Assembly (NCBI GenBank): GCA_020184695.1
Contig: JAANOX010000236.1
Coordinates: forward strand, 1-64,000
Length of the DNA stretch: 64,000 nt
Direction of reading: 5' to 3'
DNA from: Histomonas meleagridis 2922-C6/04-290x
Lineage: Eukaryota; Protista; Parabasalia
In this document: positions 22,092 through 33,266 of the stretch, in pieces
Layout of the letters: every line of letters begins with the position of its first letter
How positions within the stretch are numbered: position 1 is the first letter of the stretch
The notes under the pieces: generated by a model
What the model saw: the letters and a program-made list of their open reading frames with translations, nothing else
Databases searched by the model: none
Told to the model about the DNA's origin: nothing
Translations under genes and position numbers: made by a program

Positions 22092-22596
22092 TTTGGAGAA
22101 GCAGGAAAAATAACGATTTTTTTTGAATGGAGAAGTTTCACTGTGTTTGTTCAGTTAAATGGACGTTATGAATACTAAACGAACTCCCTTCTCACAACGT
22201 TTAAAAATACATAAGTTTATTCGAACGTTATCAATACAATTTTGTGAGAATTACAGTTTCCCATAAAACAAGTGAACTAAATAACGGTTTTGAATCATGC
22301 GAAGATTTAGTGTGAACTTTCTATTTAAAATGACAAAACTACTTGTCAAGTACACCATGCAGATATAAAGAGTATGCGTTAATGTGTGAAATAAAGATAA
22401 CATTAGTCTAGATTAATTTACAGAGCTCTTATGTGGCTATAACTCAAGATTTATCTTCGAGTCAAATCATGGATCAAGTTTTGATAAGTATTATTTAGAA
22501 TTTAATCTGTAAAACACCAAAATGAATTAATTGGTTATTTATGACTTGTGAAGTGAACTACAAGTGAATTTTTAAACGGATACCAAACCGTGCCCT

Positions 22597-23283
22597 ATGG
22601 CTTCAGCTCCCTCTTCTGGTCAGAATGAAGCTCTGGCACCAACAAGATCCAGAAACAGAACAAGAAATGCAAACCCATCAACATGGACTATTGAGGAAGA
22701 CAATTTATTATTTGAGTTGGTATCAAAAAATGAAGATTGGGCAATCATTGAAAAAAAGTTTCCAAATAAAACAGGAAAACAAGTCCTAGCACATTGGAAA
22801 AAGGTTGCTAACCCAAACATCATTAGAGGATCATGGACAGGCGAAGAAGACAATGCCATCATTGAATGGGTAAAAACTAACGGCCCTTCCAAATGGTCTT
22901 CTATTGCCGAAAAACTTCCAGGAAGGATAGCTAAACAGTGTAGAGAGCGCTGGTGCAATCATTTAAATCCAGAGATTAAAAAAGGACCATGGACTGCTGA
23001 AGAGGATAACATTATTACCGAATCCATTCGAAAGATCGGAACAAAATGGTCCGAAATTGCTAAATTATTACCTGGAAGAACAGATAACTCCGTAAAAAAT
23101 AGATGGAACTCAACATTAAAAAGAAAATTATCCCGTTCAAATGAAGACAACAGACCTCCGGTTAATGAAAATACAGAAACTATGCGTAATGAGGTCAAAA
23201 AGAATTCGACAGATGTAAACGAAAATCGAAGGTTGCTCGAAGTTTTACTACAACAGCAACAAATAATCAACTTTAAGAACTGA
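22597..23283 (+). CDS. Three-repeat Myb-like DNA-binding protein
   Basis: Three W-spaced Myb repeats; [16 protein letters not shown] and [12 protein letters not shown]. Confidence 0.95.
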   Translation: MASAPSSGQNEALAPTRSRNRTRNANPSTWTIEEDNLLFELVSKNEDWAIIEKKFPNKTGKQVLAHWKKVANPNIIRGSWTGEEDNAIIEWVKTNGPSKWSSIAEKLPGRIAKQCRERWCNHLNPEIKKGPWTAEEDNIITESIRKIGTKWSEIAKLLPGRTDNSVKNRWNSTLKRKLSRSNEDNRPPVNENTETMRNEVKKNSTDVNENRRLLEVLLQQQQIINFKN

Positions 23284-23967
23284 CGTTATCTTTTAAATTG
23301 AATAATTTAATAAAAATTTCATCTAAATTTCCTAATTTCTTGAGCTTTTTTCGAGTTGGTGATTTTTTTACTTCACTTCACATGTAAATAAAGCGTTCAA
23401 ATAAAATCTTCAATTCAATGAAAAATTTACTTGGCTAAAATAACGTATTTAAACGTACGGGAAAACCGTTATACTTCTTTAAACGGCCCCTGTGATTTCC
23501 CTGTTAAAAATGTCACATCACATTTCTTTCAATGCCACTTTTGTGGCAATTTGTGTTCTGAACTTCCTTACTGATTTTGGGTATAAATAGAAGCTTTACT
23601 TATTTTAACGGTGATTTTTAAATTATGCACTAAGTTGAGTATGCATTCTATATATTTTCAACTCTTGTAATTTTCTTTAATTTAAAAAATGCAAAGTTTA
23701 AAAAAGCACATATGAAATACTTCTGAAATTAAAATCTGATTTATATATCTTCTTGTGTCTTTTAAAACCACTTTTTCAAAGTATAAAAATGCCATCCCAG
23801 AGAATAAGACTTTTTGAATTTCTTGTTTCTGTTATATAAAATAAGAATTTTTTTCATATATAATTTTTATTACCATATATGTAATCGATACACATAAAAT
23901 GTTTGAGAAAAATATTTTTATTTTTTCAAAATTTTCAATTTTTAAGATTTATTGGGTGGCACTTTTT

Positions 23968-25212
23968 ATGAATGAAAAAAGACTGAGCATATGCTTGTGC
24001 TCAGACTTTTTTTTTCCCAGCGTCGGTGGAATAGAAACACATGTTTTAGAGCTAGCAAAACAATTAATTGCATTTGGACACAAAGTTGTTGTAATCACAA
24101 GAAATAGAGGATCATATGATGGTGAAGTAATTTTATTTAATACACTCAAAGTTTACTATCTCAAGAGATGTACACTTGGAATTGGTAGTAGTCTTCCAGC
24201 TTTTTGGGCTACAGTTCCACAACTTTATCCAATTTTACGCAAAGAAAAAATTACACACGTTCATTGTCATCAATCTTCGTCCTCAATAGGCTATGATGCT
24301 GGTATTATTGCACAACTCATGGGTCTCAAAGTATTTTTCACAGAACATTCACTTTTAGGATTAGGTGTTATTGGAGCTCTTCACCTAAATCTTCTTAATT
24401 CTCCTTTCTTACATTGCTGCGACCAACTTATTGCAGTTTCTCAAGTTCAAGCGCACAATATTCAAGCTCGGACAGGGATTTCAGACAATATTACAGTAAT
24501 TCCTAACGGAGTTGACTCCTCAGTTTTTGTACCACTTAAAGACGATTCTATTAAATTACATTATCCAACGATTATTGCTGTAACTCGTTTTGAAAAACGA
24601 CGAGGCAGCGAAATGTTGAAAGACATTATTCACATTGTATGCACGTCAAATGTTGACGCGCGGTTTGTGATTGCAGGCGACGGTTCCAATTTTGAAGATA
24701 TGAAAAGTTATCTTCAAGAATCATCATTTAATTCAAGGGTAGAACTTTTAGGGTATATTCCACATGACAAAATTGCATCAGTACTTCAAAAAGGTCAATT
24801 TTTTGTAAATTGCTCATTGACAGATGCGTTTTGTATAGCAAATGTAGAAGCAGCTTCATGTGGATTATATGTAATATCAACAGATATTGGAGGTATTCCA
24901 GAAGTACTTCCTGAACAAATGAGAACATTGGTCCCTCCTTGTCCTAAAATGGTTGCAGATGCGATATTAGATGCAATTGATAAGAAGAAAAAAGTCGAAA
25001 ACTCACATCAAATCATTGAGAATATGTTCTCATGGCAAAAAATTGTCGAAAAGATTGTCTTTATTTACAGATCCAAAAAAAGAAAAGAAAATGTGTTTAG
25101 GAAAATTTTGAAAAGCTTCCAGCCATATATGTCATTCGTTGGAATTGTTTATTATGCACTGGTGCTGATATTGATGAGATTGATTGATCTTATCAAGTTT
25201 TGTATTCATTAA
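23968..25212 (+). CDS. PIGA: GPI N-acetylglucosaminyltransferase subunit A (PIG-A/GPI3), GT4 family
   Basis: SDFFFPSVGGIETHV...GHKVVVIT...LKVYYL, VFFTEHSL, NCSLTDAFCIANVEAASCGL...STDIGGIPEVLP, plus C-terminal TM. ATG at 23968 is preferred over the track's upstream start. Confidence 0.88.
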   Translation: MNEKRLSICLCSDFFFPSVGGIETHVLELAKQLIAFGHKVVVITRNRGSYDGEVILFNTLKVYYLKRCTLGIGSSLPAFWATVPQLYPILRKEKITHVHCHQSSSSIGYDAGIIAQLMGLKVFFTEHSLLGLGVIGALHLNLLNSPFLHCCDQLIAVSQVQAHNIQARTGISDNITVIPNGVDSSVFVPLKDDSIKLHYPTIIAVTRFEKRRGSEMLKDIIHIVCTSNVDARFVIAGDGSNFEDMKSYLQESSFNSRVELLGYIPHDKIASVLQKGQFFVNCSLTDAFCIANVEAASCGLYVISTDIGGIPEVLPEQMRTLVPPCPKMVADAILDAIDKKKKVENSHQIIENMFSWQKIVEKIVFIYRSKKRKENVFRKILKSFQPYMSFVGIVYYALVLILMRLIDLIKFCIH

Positions 25213-25634
25213 TAATAAAATATTATATAAAGTTCTATCGATTCAACTTTGTGTTTTTATATTGTGATGGTTCAATCCTTTGACTTAGATGAAGTTTATT
25301 GAAGTTTTCCTGTTTCACATCGATGGAGAATTATTTCAATTTCATTCTCATTAACTCTTTCTTGAACATATTTCTGGGAAGTTTCTAACCATCTTTTAAA
25401 ACTTATGAATAATTTTATATAATTGTTTAATTTCTTCTTTTGATATATAGATTATGTTCATTCGTTAATACCAAATTTTACATAATTTTTTTCATTTTAA
25501 TATCTTATCATTGTATGTTAATTGTTGTTTTATTTAAAATTGTTCATATTCAAGAATCAATTTTTGTGTAACCAGATAACGTGTGGTTTAACGATAGGTT
25601 TCGGGGGTACCTCAATGTCAATTCAAAAAGAAAA

Positions 25635-28600
25635 ATGGAGAATGTTTGTGAATTTGGATCAAATCAACATGTAAAGAGTGGAATAACAGAAGTTCTTTCG
25701 CAAAAATCAGTTTTCGAGAAAAAATATTCACAAAACCCAATTTTATCTTCATTGATTCAAACATTTCCAAACTTGGAATTAATCAATCCATCAGAAGTTA
25801 CAATCGAAGGTATTGTCAGAAATTTCAAAAAGCTTCAATCAGTCGACGAAAATTTTTTAAAAAATTTTAATGAAAATCAATTTCCAAATGAAGTCAAAAC
25901 CATTTGTCTTTGTTTATATTGCATATCTTGGTATTGTTGTGGTTCTAGTGAATGGGAAAATTTACTTCCTCATTTAGTAAAATTACCATCAAATACATAT
26001 CAAGCATCACAATCTCTTTGCTTTGATTTAATTATTGAGCGGATATATCAAATGCGTTGTGTAACTGCTGACAAATATAATTTTTTTTTCGAGTTAATAT
26101 CATCATATCGAAATATATCGTTAATCAGTTTCTCATTATTACTTCCAATATTTAAAGATTCTTCCAGACATACAAATTTAGCATGCGACACCATCATTTC
26201 TATCATCAAAAACAATCCTAAAACCTTCAAAGGACAAGATTTCACAGGATTTATATCCAAATTCCAAAATTTTTTTATAGATTTTAATTCGAATGGAATG
26301 AAACTTCTATCTATTGTTGCCAATATCTCCAAAGAAGGCAAACTTTTTATGCATAATATTCATGAGATTTATAATTCATTTATAAATTTGATTATTAATC
26401 AAAAGAAAATTAATATTTCATATCCATCTAATGAATACAAAGAATATCAAATCAAAAACTTATTAGACTTTGGATTTGTACAATTTAAGATGGAAAATTC
26501 ATTTAATTTCAAGAAAGTTTTAATTCCATATGATTTAATCATTTCTAAAATTACTTTCTCCGATATCTTTGATATTAAAACATTGATAAAGATACAAAAC
26601 TTTTCATTTTTTATTGATTCGATTCCATTACATATGGTAATTGATTTCATTGGATTTATTTCAGGGAAATTGGACTCATTAAAAACGAATTTGATACCAT
26701 TTTGTGCAATGATCTTAAAACTATTTGAGAATAATCAAAATGAACAAAATTATACAACAATAATATTAATGTTATTTCAATCAGAATTATTTTCACCGTC
26801 AATTAATATATTTAATAATGAACCTTTCGATCAATATATTAATTTATTACGAAATAATTTTTTAGTTTTTGTTTTAAATAAAAGTCCGTCATTAATATAT
26901 ACATTATTATTTAATCAAAAAGATCAGAATTTTAACATAATAATTTTCGCGGAATTTTTATTACGAATTTTAAATCAACTTGAAACTATTAATTTAAGTA
27001 CATTTGTTAATGAGAATTTCCCAAGTTTCTTATTAAAAGTTTTAATGTATTTAAAAGATATTAAAGGGGAATTAACAAATGTTTTATTTTGTTCTTTAAT
27101 GGAATTTCTTTCAATGTTATTAAGAGATATAACAATTTCGGAACTTTTATATTTAAGTGAAGAATTTATTTATTCATTTATGAATTTACTTTTGGAGAAA
27201 TCACTTTCGAATTATATTTTCTCTATATTAAATCAATCATTTACATTAACTCATTCGAATACTTCTACATCAATAATGAAGAACATTAATATATTTTTAA
27301 AACAAACAGTATGTTCTATCAAAGATTTTGATTTGATTAATAATATAACTGATTTATTATATCATTGTATATCTGTTAATAAACATTTCATTATTGATTT
27401 CCAAGATTTATTTTATCAATTAATTATATATTTATCGGAAAATTTAGACAAAAATTTGTTCATTAAAATATATAATTTATTAAAATTATTTATAAATTAT
27501 GATACTACTTTTACTTTACCAAATAATATATTTTATAAATTATATAACATAATATTAAATATATATCAAACACCTAATGATGAATTAGATACATTATTTT
27601 ATTATGTTATAAGTAATTCACGTTTTTTAACACATAAAAATAATTTTATAATACGTAATAATCAAATGTTAACACTTTTGTTTCTAATTCATCCAGATAT
27701 TATAGAAAACTTATATAAACTTTGTGAATATTCATGTTCGAATTGTTCAATGACTCATGATTCATATATCGATTCTATTTTATTACAATATTTATTATAT
27801 GATAATGAAATTAATTATAATAACATTAAATATAAATTAAATTTCATTACAATTCAAAATCCAATTGATCATATCATTAAATTACTTCCATTAATAATTA
27901 ATATTAAAACTAATTATTCGATTGCATATTATTTATCTTTATTAATATCAAAAAGTAATTCTATAAATATTTCCGAATTATTTTTAAATATTTTTGGTAA
28001 TAATTTATTAAATACTTCTATAACACCACAATTACCATTAGAAAACTCAAAACCTTTAATCGAATTAAAAGGAATCGAATGGTCAAAATTACATAATGGA
28101 TTTACATTGGATTTTAATTTCTTATTTGATACAAATGTCTCAAAACGATTACAATATTCATATGATATCTTTAAAATTCAAGAATCAAAGAATCATTATT
28201 TTAAAGTATTTATAAAGAATGGAGTAATATTATCTGAATATCGTAAAGAAACAACAGAAACAAATTTCTTATTTAAGAATTTAGGCACATTAAAATGGCA
28301 TCATTTTACTATCGTAATATTTCATACTAAAACTAATTCGAAAACTTATAATTATTGTGATGGTAGTAATTTATCTGATGCAATATTTAGATATATGTTA
28401 TTTGAAAATCCAATAAAAATATTAATTGGAGGTTCGAATTACAAAAATAAAAACCATCCAAAATATGGATTTATTAATTCATTTAAACTTTTTGCTTATA
28501 ATTTTGATGAAGATCAAGCTAATGAATTATATTTAAATCCAAATGAAATTAAAACTGTTCCAATATTTAATAGTGATTGGATAAATCCAAATGTTTCTTA

Positions 28601-31600
28601 TATAAATGTAAATAAGAAATCATATGAATTACTTCCATGTTTTCATATAAATAATAATATAATCGAATATTTCATGGAGAAAAATATCTTCGAATTAATC
28701 ATTAATAATAACCAATTAATGAATTTGGGTATAGATATCATTGGAATTATATTATCTTTTGAACAATATCATAAAAGAAAATTAAATTTTGTTCAAATAC
28801 TTTATAAAAAAGTTTATGAAACTGTTGAATTACAAACATTTTCTTTTTATTTATCACTTTATAATATAATGTTAAAATTAAATGACGAAATTATTTTACC
28901 GGAATTTGTTAAATATTTAATTATAAATTTGTTTTTATGGACTAAATCTACAAAAAATGAGTTAATTAAAATATTTGAATTTTGGAATGAAATATTATAT
29001 AATAATCAATTAATATTTAAAGAAGAGAAAATATTTAGTAAACTTTTATTAGAATATAATTCGATTTTTTGGGATGAAAAACATCCAAATTTAATAAAAG
29101 AAATCGATGAATTATTTATAACATTTCTAAGTAAAATTGCAAAATTTAATTTTAATGAAAATGATTTCGAAATACTTTTTGATTTAATTCTAAAAATAAA
29201 AAATGAAAAAATTTTAGAGAATTTGGTTAAATTAATGTATTTAATCTCTGATTTAGAAATAGTTAAAACTTTAATGAATAAAGAAAACTTTTGTCGTTTC
29301 TTAGATATATTTAAATATCAAAACACAAAAATTTATATGAATTCGATTTTATTTTTAAGTAATTTAACAAATGAAATTGCAAATAAATTATCAATTATAA
29401 TTTTATATTTAATACCTAATAAACAAATAATTAATGAATTATTAAATATGTTAATCATAAGATTAAATGAAAATTATAAACTTTTACCAATATTAACAAC
29501 AATGTCATTACAAACAAATAATATTTCATTAATTTTATCAAAAGTATTAGAAGAACAAAATAAAATGAAATTTATTAATATCGAATTTTGGTATATTTGG
29601 TTATTTTTAATGATATTTAATGCAAATGATAATGATATACAATACATTACACATTTTATAGTTAATTGTTTATCGATAAATAATAATATTAAAGAAATAG
29701 AACAAGTTTTATGTTTTGCATTTCGAATGCAATTAATTAATAATAATTTATATTTGCCACAAATGATTTTATCTGATTTATCAACTGATAAAGAAAACAA
29801 ATTCGATGAAATCGTATTAAAATATTGTACATATTTATTCTTTTTACATATTAATTATATTCAACATTCAACTGCTTTATTAGATGAATATAAAAATTCT
29901 CCTTTTTATGATAATAACTTTAAAATCGAAGAAAATGTTAATGATAATAAAGAAGATTTTTCGGATATTTATAACTTCGAAAAGTTTTTAATGAATGAAT
30001 TATTAAATTTCGATATCAAATGTAGAGTTGATATTGATAATAGTGTAAATTTGATTGAAACGTTTTATTTTAGTAAAATGTCTTCTGATTCGAAATCAAA
30101 TCAATTATTAATATCACAATTCCAAAGAAATAATGAGAAAAAGCCATATTTTAATCTAATGTCTTATATCGAGAACTTACGCGCTGAATTTATTGAAGAA
30201 TTATATGCGAATCTTTTGTTTATAAAAAATGGTTTCATGAAAATAATTCAAGAAGCTAAAAATGATATAAATAATATTAAACATCTAAAAGAATATAATA
30301 AAATTATTAAAAATGAAATCGATCAAAAAATTCCTTTTGATGATAATTATTATAAAAAAATTATTCGTTCATATCGAATTTGTAATTTTTATTGTCCTTC
30401 ACGTACTAAACAATACAAAAGCATTAAATATTATAAAACACAAAACCATTTAAATTATGTTTCGAATATCTTTCCGATGATTTTATTAAAGTTTAATTAC
30501 AAAGAAAAAGGAAAAATTTATGTTGGAAAGAAGAAATTTGTTATTCAATTACAACAAAAAAGTATAAAAATTCCATATAAATCAATTCGTTATTTTTATC
30601 CTAAGAAAATTATTTCATATAATGGGTTTGAAATCTATACGAAGATGGAACGAACATATTTATTTATATTCCAACAAAACAATTTTGTGAATTTTGCATC
30701 AGCAATTTCATCATGTAAAATTAATGTGTTTTCATTTAACGAAAAAGTTTTAAGGGAATTCACATCAAAATGGGAAAAACATTTAATAAGTAATTTCGAT
30801 TATTTAATGACAATTAATATAATTAGTGGACGTTCATTTCATTCCACACAATTATATCCAATATTACCACAAATTATGACAAATTATAATGATCCGAATT
30901 CAACCAAAAACATCAAAGTTAAAACAAATATAATAATTCCGAAACTTGAATTTAATTCATCGAATTTTACAAATGATTATATAATAGCGCCGGAATATTT
31001 CTTTGATTTTAATATAAAAATGGATAAATTACCAAATTGGGCAACTTCGAATTTCGAATTTGTTTATTTATCAAGAACGTTTTTGAATAATTTCGATATC
31101 TCTGATTGGATCGACAAAAATTTCGGCGTCAAAAAGACACAACAAAACCCAAGCATACAATTGTTCCCTGGTCATCATCCAAAAAAGAGGTCATTTTTAC
31201 TTTTGGAGCCAAGTAAACATTTATTTGACTTTCAACATAAAGTTAAATTCGCTTTAGTATGGATCGCAAATAATAAAATTAATATTAGAACTATATATGA
31301 AAATAATAAATTAATTTTCGCGAGTTTAACTAACGATGACAAAGTTCATATTGATGAGAAAATTAAATTTAACAACGATTTGTTAGTGTTTTATTCTTCA
31401 AATGCGATTTTATGTTATTTGCCTAAAAAGTTTATGTTACACGCTTATAGTATGAATTCTGAAAAGAAAGTTGGCGTTTATACTGAATATCCTTTGTTTT
31501 CCATTTACAGAGATTACATTATTTACTGTAAAGATAAATTTACGGTTTGTAAGAAAAAAATTCACAAAAATTCTGTCGAAAAAACGGTTTGCAACTCAAA

Positions 31601-32084
31601 TTTGCCGATACATAAAATGGTATCGGCTCAACGATTCCACTTTTTGATAATATTAACCGAAAACGATATTGTTAGAATTCATAATTTGCCAAATGGAAGT
31701 TTCGTTAAAGAAATGAAATTTAATAAGGTCGATAATATATCAATAAGTATAATGTGGGGATTTATTTTGGTTCAATCAAAAGAAAATATATTTTTGTTTA
31801 CACCTAATGGTGATTTAATTAAAAAAGTGAAACTCGATTTTGTGATAACAAATTTGTTTGCATCAACTATTAATCATTTGGATGTGTTTATATTTAGAAA
31901 TAAAGATAAAAAAGTCGGATTTTTCGAGGCGTTTTACCCCGAAAAGATAAAATTCATTGGCGAATTCGAAACAAATTTCGTGCAAATGAAATACGCGTAT
32001 CCGATGCAAAGCTTTATATTAGTTGGATCAAATGGTACAGTTAGAGTTGTGCCATATAACCAGAAAGAACAAATGATAAAATAA
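25635..32084 (+). CDS. Large BEACH-like protein with degenerate PH-BEACH and WD40-like C-terminus
   Basis: W...ISNFDYLMTINIISGRSF...YPILP, then a shortened APEYFF...LPNWA...WIDKNFG. ATG at 25635 is preferred over the GTG at 25581. Confidence 0.75.
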   Translation: MENVCEFGSNQHVKSGITEVLSQKSVFEKKYSQNPILSSLIQTFPNLELINPSEVTIEGIVRNFKKLQSVDENFLKNFNENQFPNEVKTICLCLYCISWYCCGSSEWENLLPHLVKLPSNTYQASQSLCFDLIIERIYQMRCVTADKYNFFFELISSYRNISLISFSLLLPIFKDSSRHTNLACDTIISIIKNNPKTFKGQDFTGFISKFQNFFIDFNSNGMKLLSIVANISKEGKLFMHNIHEIYNSFINLIINQKKINISYPSNEYKEYQIKNLLDFGFVQFKMENSFNFKKVLIPYDLIISKITFSDIFDIKTLIKIQNFSFFIDSIPLHMVIDFIGFISGKLDSLKTNLIPFCAMILKLFENNQNEQNYTTIILMLFQSELFSPSINIFNNEPFDQYINLLRNNFLVFVLNKSPSLIYTLLFNQKDQNFNIIIFAEFLLRILNQLETINLSTFVNENFPSFLLKVLMYLKDIKGELTNVLFCSLMEFLSMLLRDITISELLYLSEEFIYSFMNLLLEKSLSNYIFSILNQSFTLTHSNTSTSIMKNINIFLKQTVCSIKDFDLINNITDLLYHCISVNKHFIIDFQDLFYQLIIYLSENLDKNLFIKIYNLLKLFINYDTTFTLPNNIFYKLYNIILNIYQTPNDELDTLFYYVISNSRFLTHKNNFIIRNNQMLTLLFLIHPDIIENLYKLCEYSCSNCSMTHDSYIDSILLQYLLYDNEINYNNIKYKLNFITIQNPIDHIIKLLPLIINIKTNYSIAYYLSLLISKSNSINISELFLNIFGNNLLNTSITPQLPLENSKPLIELKGIEWSKLHNGFTLDFNFLFDTNVSKRLQYSYDIFKIQESKNHYFKVFIKNGVILSEYRKETTETNFLFKNLGTLKWHHFTIVIFHTKTNSKTYNYCDGSNLSDAIFRYMLFENPIKILIGGSNYKNKNHPKYGFINSFKLFAYNFDEDQANELYLNPNEIKTVPIFNSDWINPNVSYINVNKKSYELLPCFHINNNIIEYFMEKNIFELIINNNQLMNLGIDIIGIILSFEQYHKRKLNFVQILYKKVYETVELQTFSFYLSLYNIMLKLNDEIILPEFVKYLIINLFLWTKSTKNELIKIFEFWNEILYNNQLIFKEEKIFSKLLLEYNSIFWDEKHPNLIKEIDELFITFLSKIAKFNFNENDFEILFDLILKIKNEKILENLVKLMYLISDLEIVKTLMNKENFCRFLDIFKYQNTKIYMNSILFLSNLTNEIANKLSIIILYLIPNKQIINELLNMLIIRLNENYKLLPILTTMSLQTNNISLILSKVLEEQNKMKFINIEFWYIWLFLMIFNANDNDIQYITHFIVNCLSINNNIKEIEQVLCFAFRMQLINNNLYLPQMILSDLSTDKENKFDEIVLKYCTYLFFLHINYIQHSTALLDEYKNSPFYDNNFKIEENVNDNKEDFSDIYNFEKFLMNELLNFDIKCRVDIDNSVNLIETFYFSKMSSDSKSNQLLISQFQRNNEKKPYFNLMSYIENLRAEFIEELYANLLFIKNGFMKIIQEAKNDINNIKHLKEYNKIIKNEIDQKIPFDDNYYKKIIRSYRICNFYCPSRTKQYKSIKYYKTQNHLNYVSNIFPMILLKFNYKEKGKIYVGKKKFVIQLQQKSIKIPYKSIRYFYPKKIISYNGFEIYTKMERTYLFIFQQNNFVNFASAISSCKINVFSFNEKVLREFTSKWEKHLISNFDYLMTINIISGRSFHSTQLYPILPQIMTNYNDPNSTKNIKVKTNIIIPKLEFNSSNFTNDYIIAPEYFFDFNIKMDKLPNWATSNFEFVYLSRTFLNNFDISDWIDKNFGVKKTQQNPSIQLFPGHHPKKRSFLLLEPSKHLFDFQHKVKFALVWIANNKINIRTIYENNKLIFASLTNDDKVHIDEKIKFNNDLLVFYSSNAILCYLPKKFMLHAYSMNSEKKVGVYTEYPLFSIYRDYIIYCKDKFTVCKKKIHKNSVEKTVCNSNLPIHKMVSAQRFHFLIILTENDIVRIHNLPNGSFVKEMKFNKVDNISISIMWGFILVQSKENIFLFTPNGDLIKKVKLDFVITNLFASTINHLDVFIFRNKDKKVGFFEAFYPEKIKFIGEFETNFVQMKYAYPMQSFILVGSNGTVRVVPYNQKEQMIK

Positions 32085-32542
32085 TATATTTATATAATAT
32101 AAAATTTCTTTTTAATGATAAATAAATTGTTGAATTTTTAATATTTTTTCTTGAAAATAAAATAATGATGTTGAAATCAGATATAAAAATTTGAAACTTT
32201 GATTACATTCTAATTTACAATTACATTATTATGAATTTGATGAACATTCATTTAAAAATGAATGTTTATGCAAACATGTAAATTTATTTTTAAAATAATC
32301 TTTATGAAGGTCATAATTTTATAAATAAAATCACATTTTATATAATTTAAATTTTTATGGAAATGTACTAAAAATTCTCTGTAAACAATTGATTTTTAAT
32401 CTACAGTCAAATGGAAATGATAAAAATGAAATCAATATTAAAATTAAAAGGAAAAAATAAAGAACTTATGAGATAAAGGTTTATTATGTTTATCTTTAAG
32501 TAGTTTTCTTAAATATTCATAATTTATATGTAATTGATTTAT

Positions 32543-33145
32543 TCATTTGCAACATTCTTTTTTGCCTTCTTTATTTTTTGCAACGTCTACACTTTGATCT
32601 AGTGTGTGAATTCCAAGGGAATTGTTAAAAACATCTTGAACACATTCATTAAATAATTCTTCAACACCTTCTCCTGTAAGAGCAGAGGTTTCGTAGTAAT
32701 TTATGCCTTTAGAATTAGCATATTCTTGTGCTTTGTCTTTCTGGACAGCCCTTTTATCATTAAGATCAGATTTATTGCCAACAAGTACGATGTGGCAATT
32801 TGCTGGTGATAAGTTCCTAACATCTTCTATCCAAGAATCTACCTTGTCAAATGTTGTAGAATCTGTTATATCATAAACGATTATAGCACAAGCACTATCT
32901 CTGTAGTAACTTCTTGTGATTGAACGAAAAACTTCTTGACCAGCTGTATCCCATATTTGAACCTTGACTTCTCTACCATTTATTTGTAATATTTTTATGG
33001 AAAACGTAACTCCAACAGTTACATCATGAATTGGCTGAAAACGACCTTCATCAAATCTAAGCAACAAACATGACTTACCAACAGCAGAGTTGCCTACAAT
33101 AATAAATTTGAAACAGATTTGATCCTGAGGAGTTTTGGATGACAT
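32543..33145 (-). CDS. RAB2: Rab2-like small GTPase
   Basis: FKFIIVGNSAVGKSCLLLRF...FQPIHDVTVGVTF, WDTAGQEVFRSITRSYYR, NKSD, ETSA; C-terminal CCK. Confidence 0.88.
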   Translation of the reverse strand: MSSKTPQDQICFKFIIVGNSAVGKSCLLLRFDEGRFQPIHDVTVGVTFSIKILQINGREVKVQIWDTAGQEVFRSITRSYYRDSACAIIVYDITDSTTFDKVDSWIEDVRNLSPANCHIVLVGNKSDLNDKRAVQKDKAQEYANSKGINYYETSALTGEGVEELFNECVQDVFNNSLGIHTLDQSVDVAKNKEGKKECCK

Positions 33146-33266
33146 TTATTGATGAATTTTATTTTTCAATGAATAAAGTCATTTGACATCCAAAAAATAA
33201 ACGGTCACCACCAATAAATAAGAACGTTAATTTTTTCATGTGACATTTCAGGAAATTCTCTTTCCA

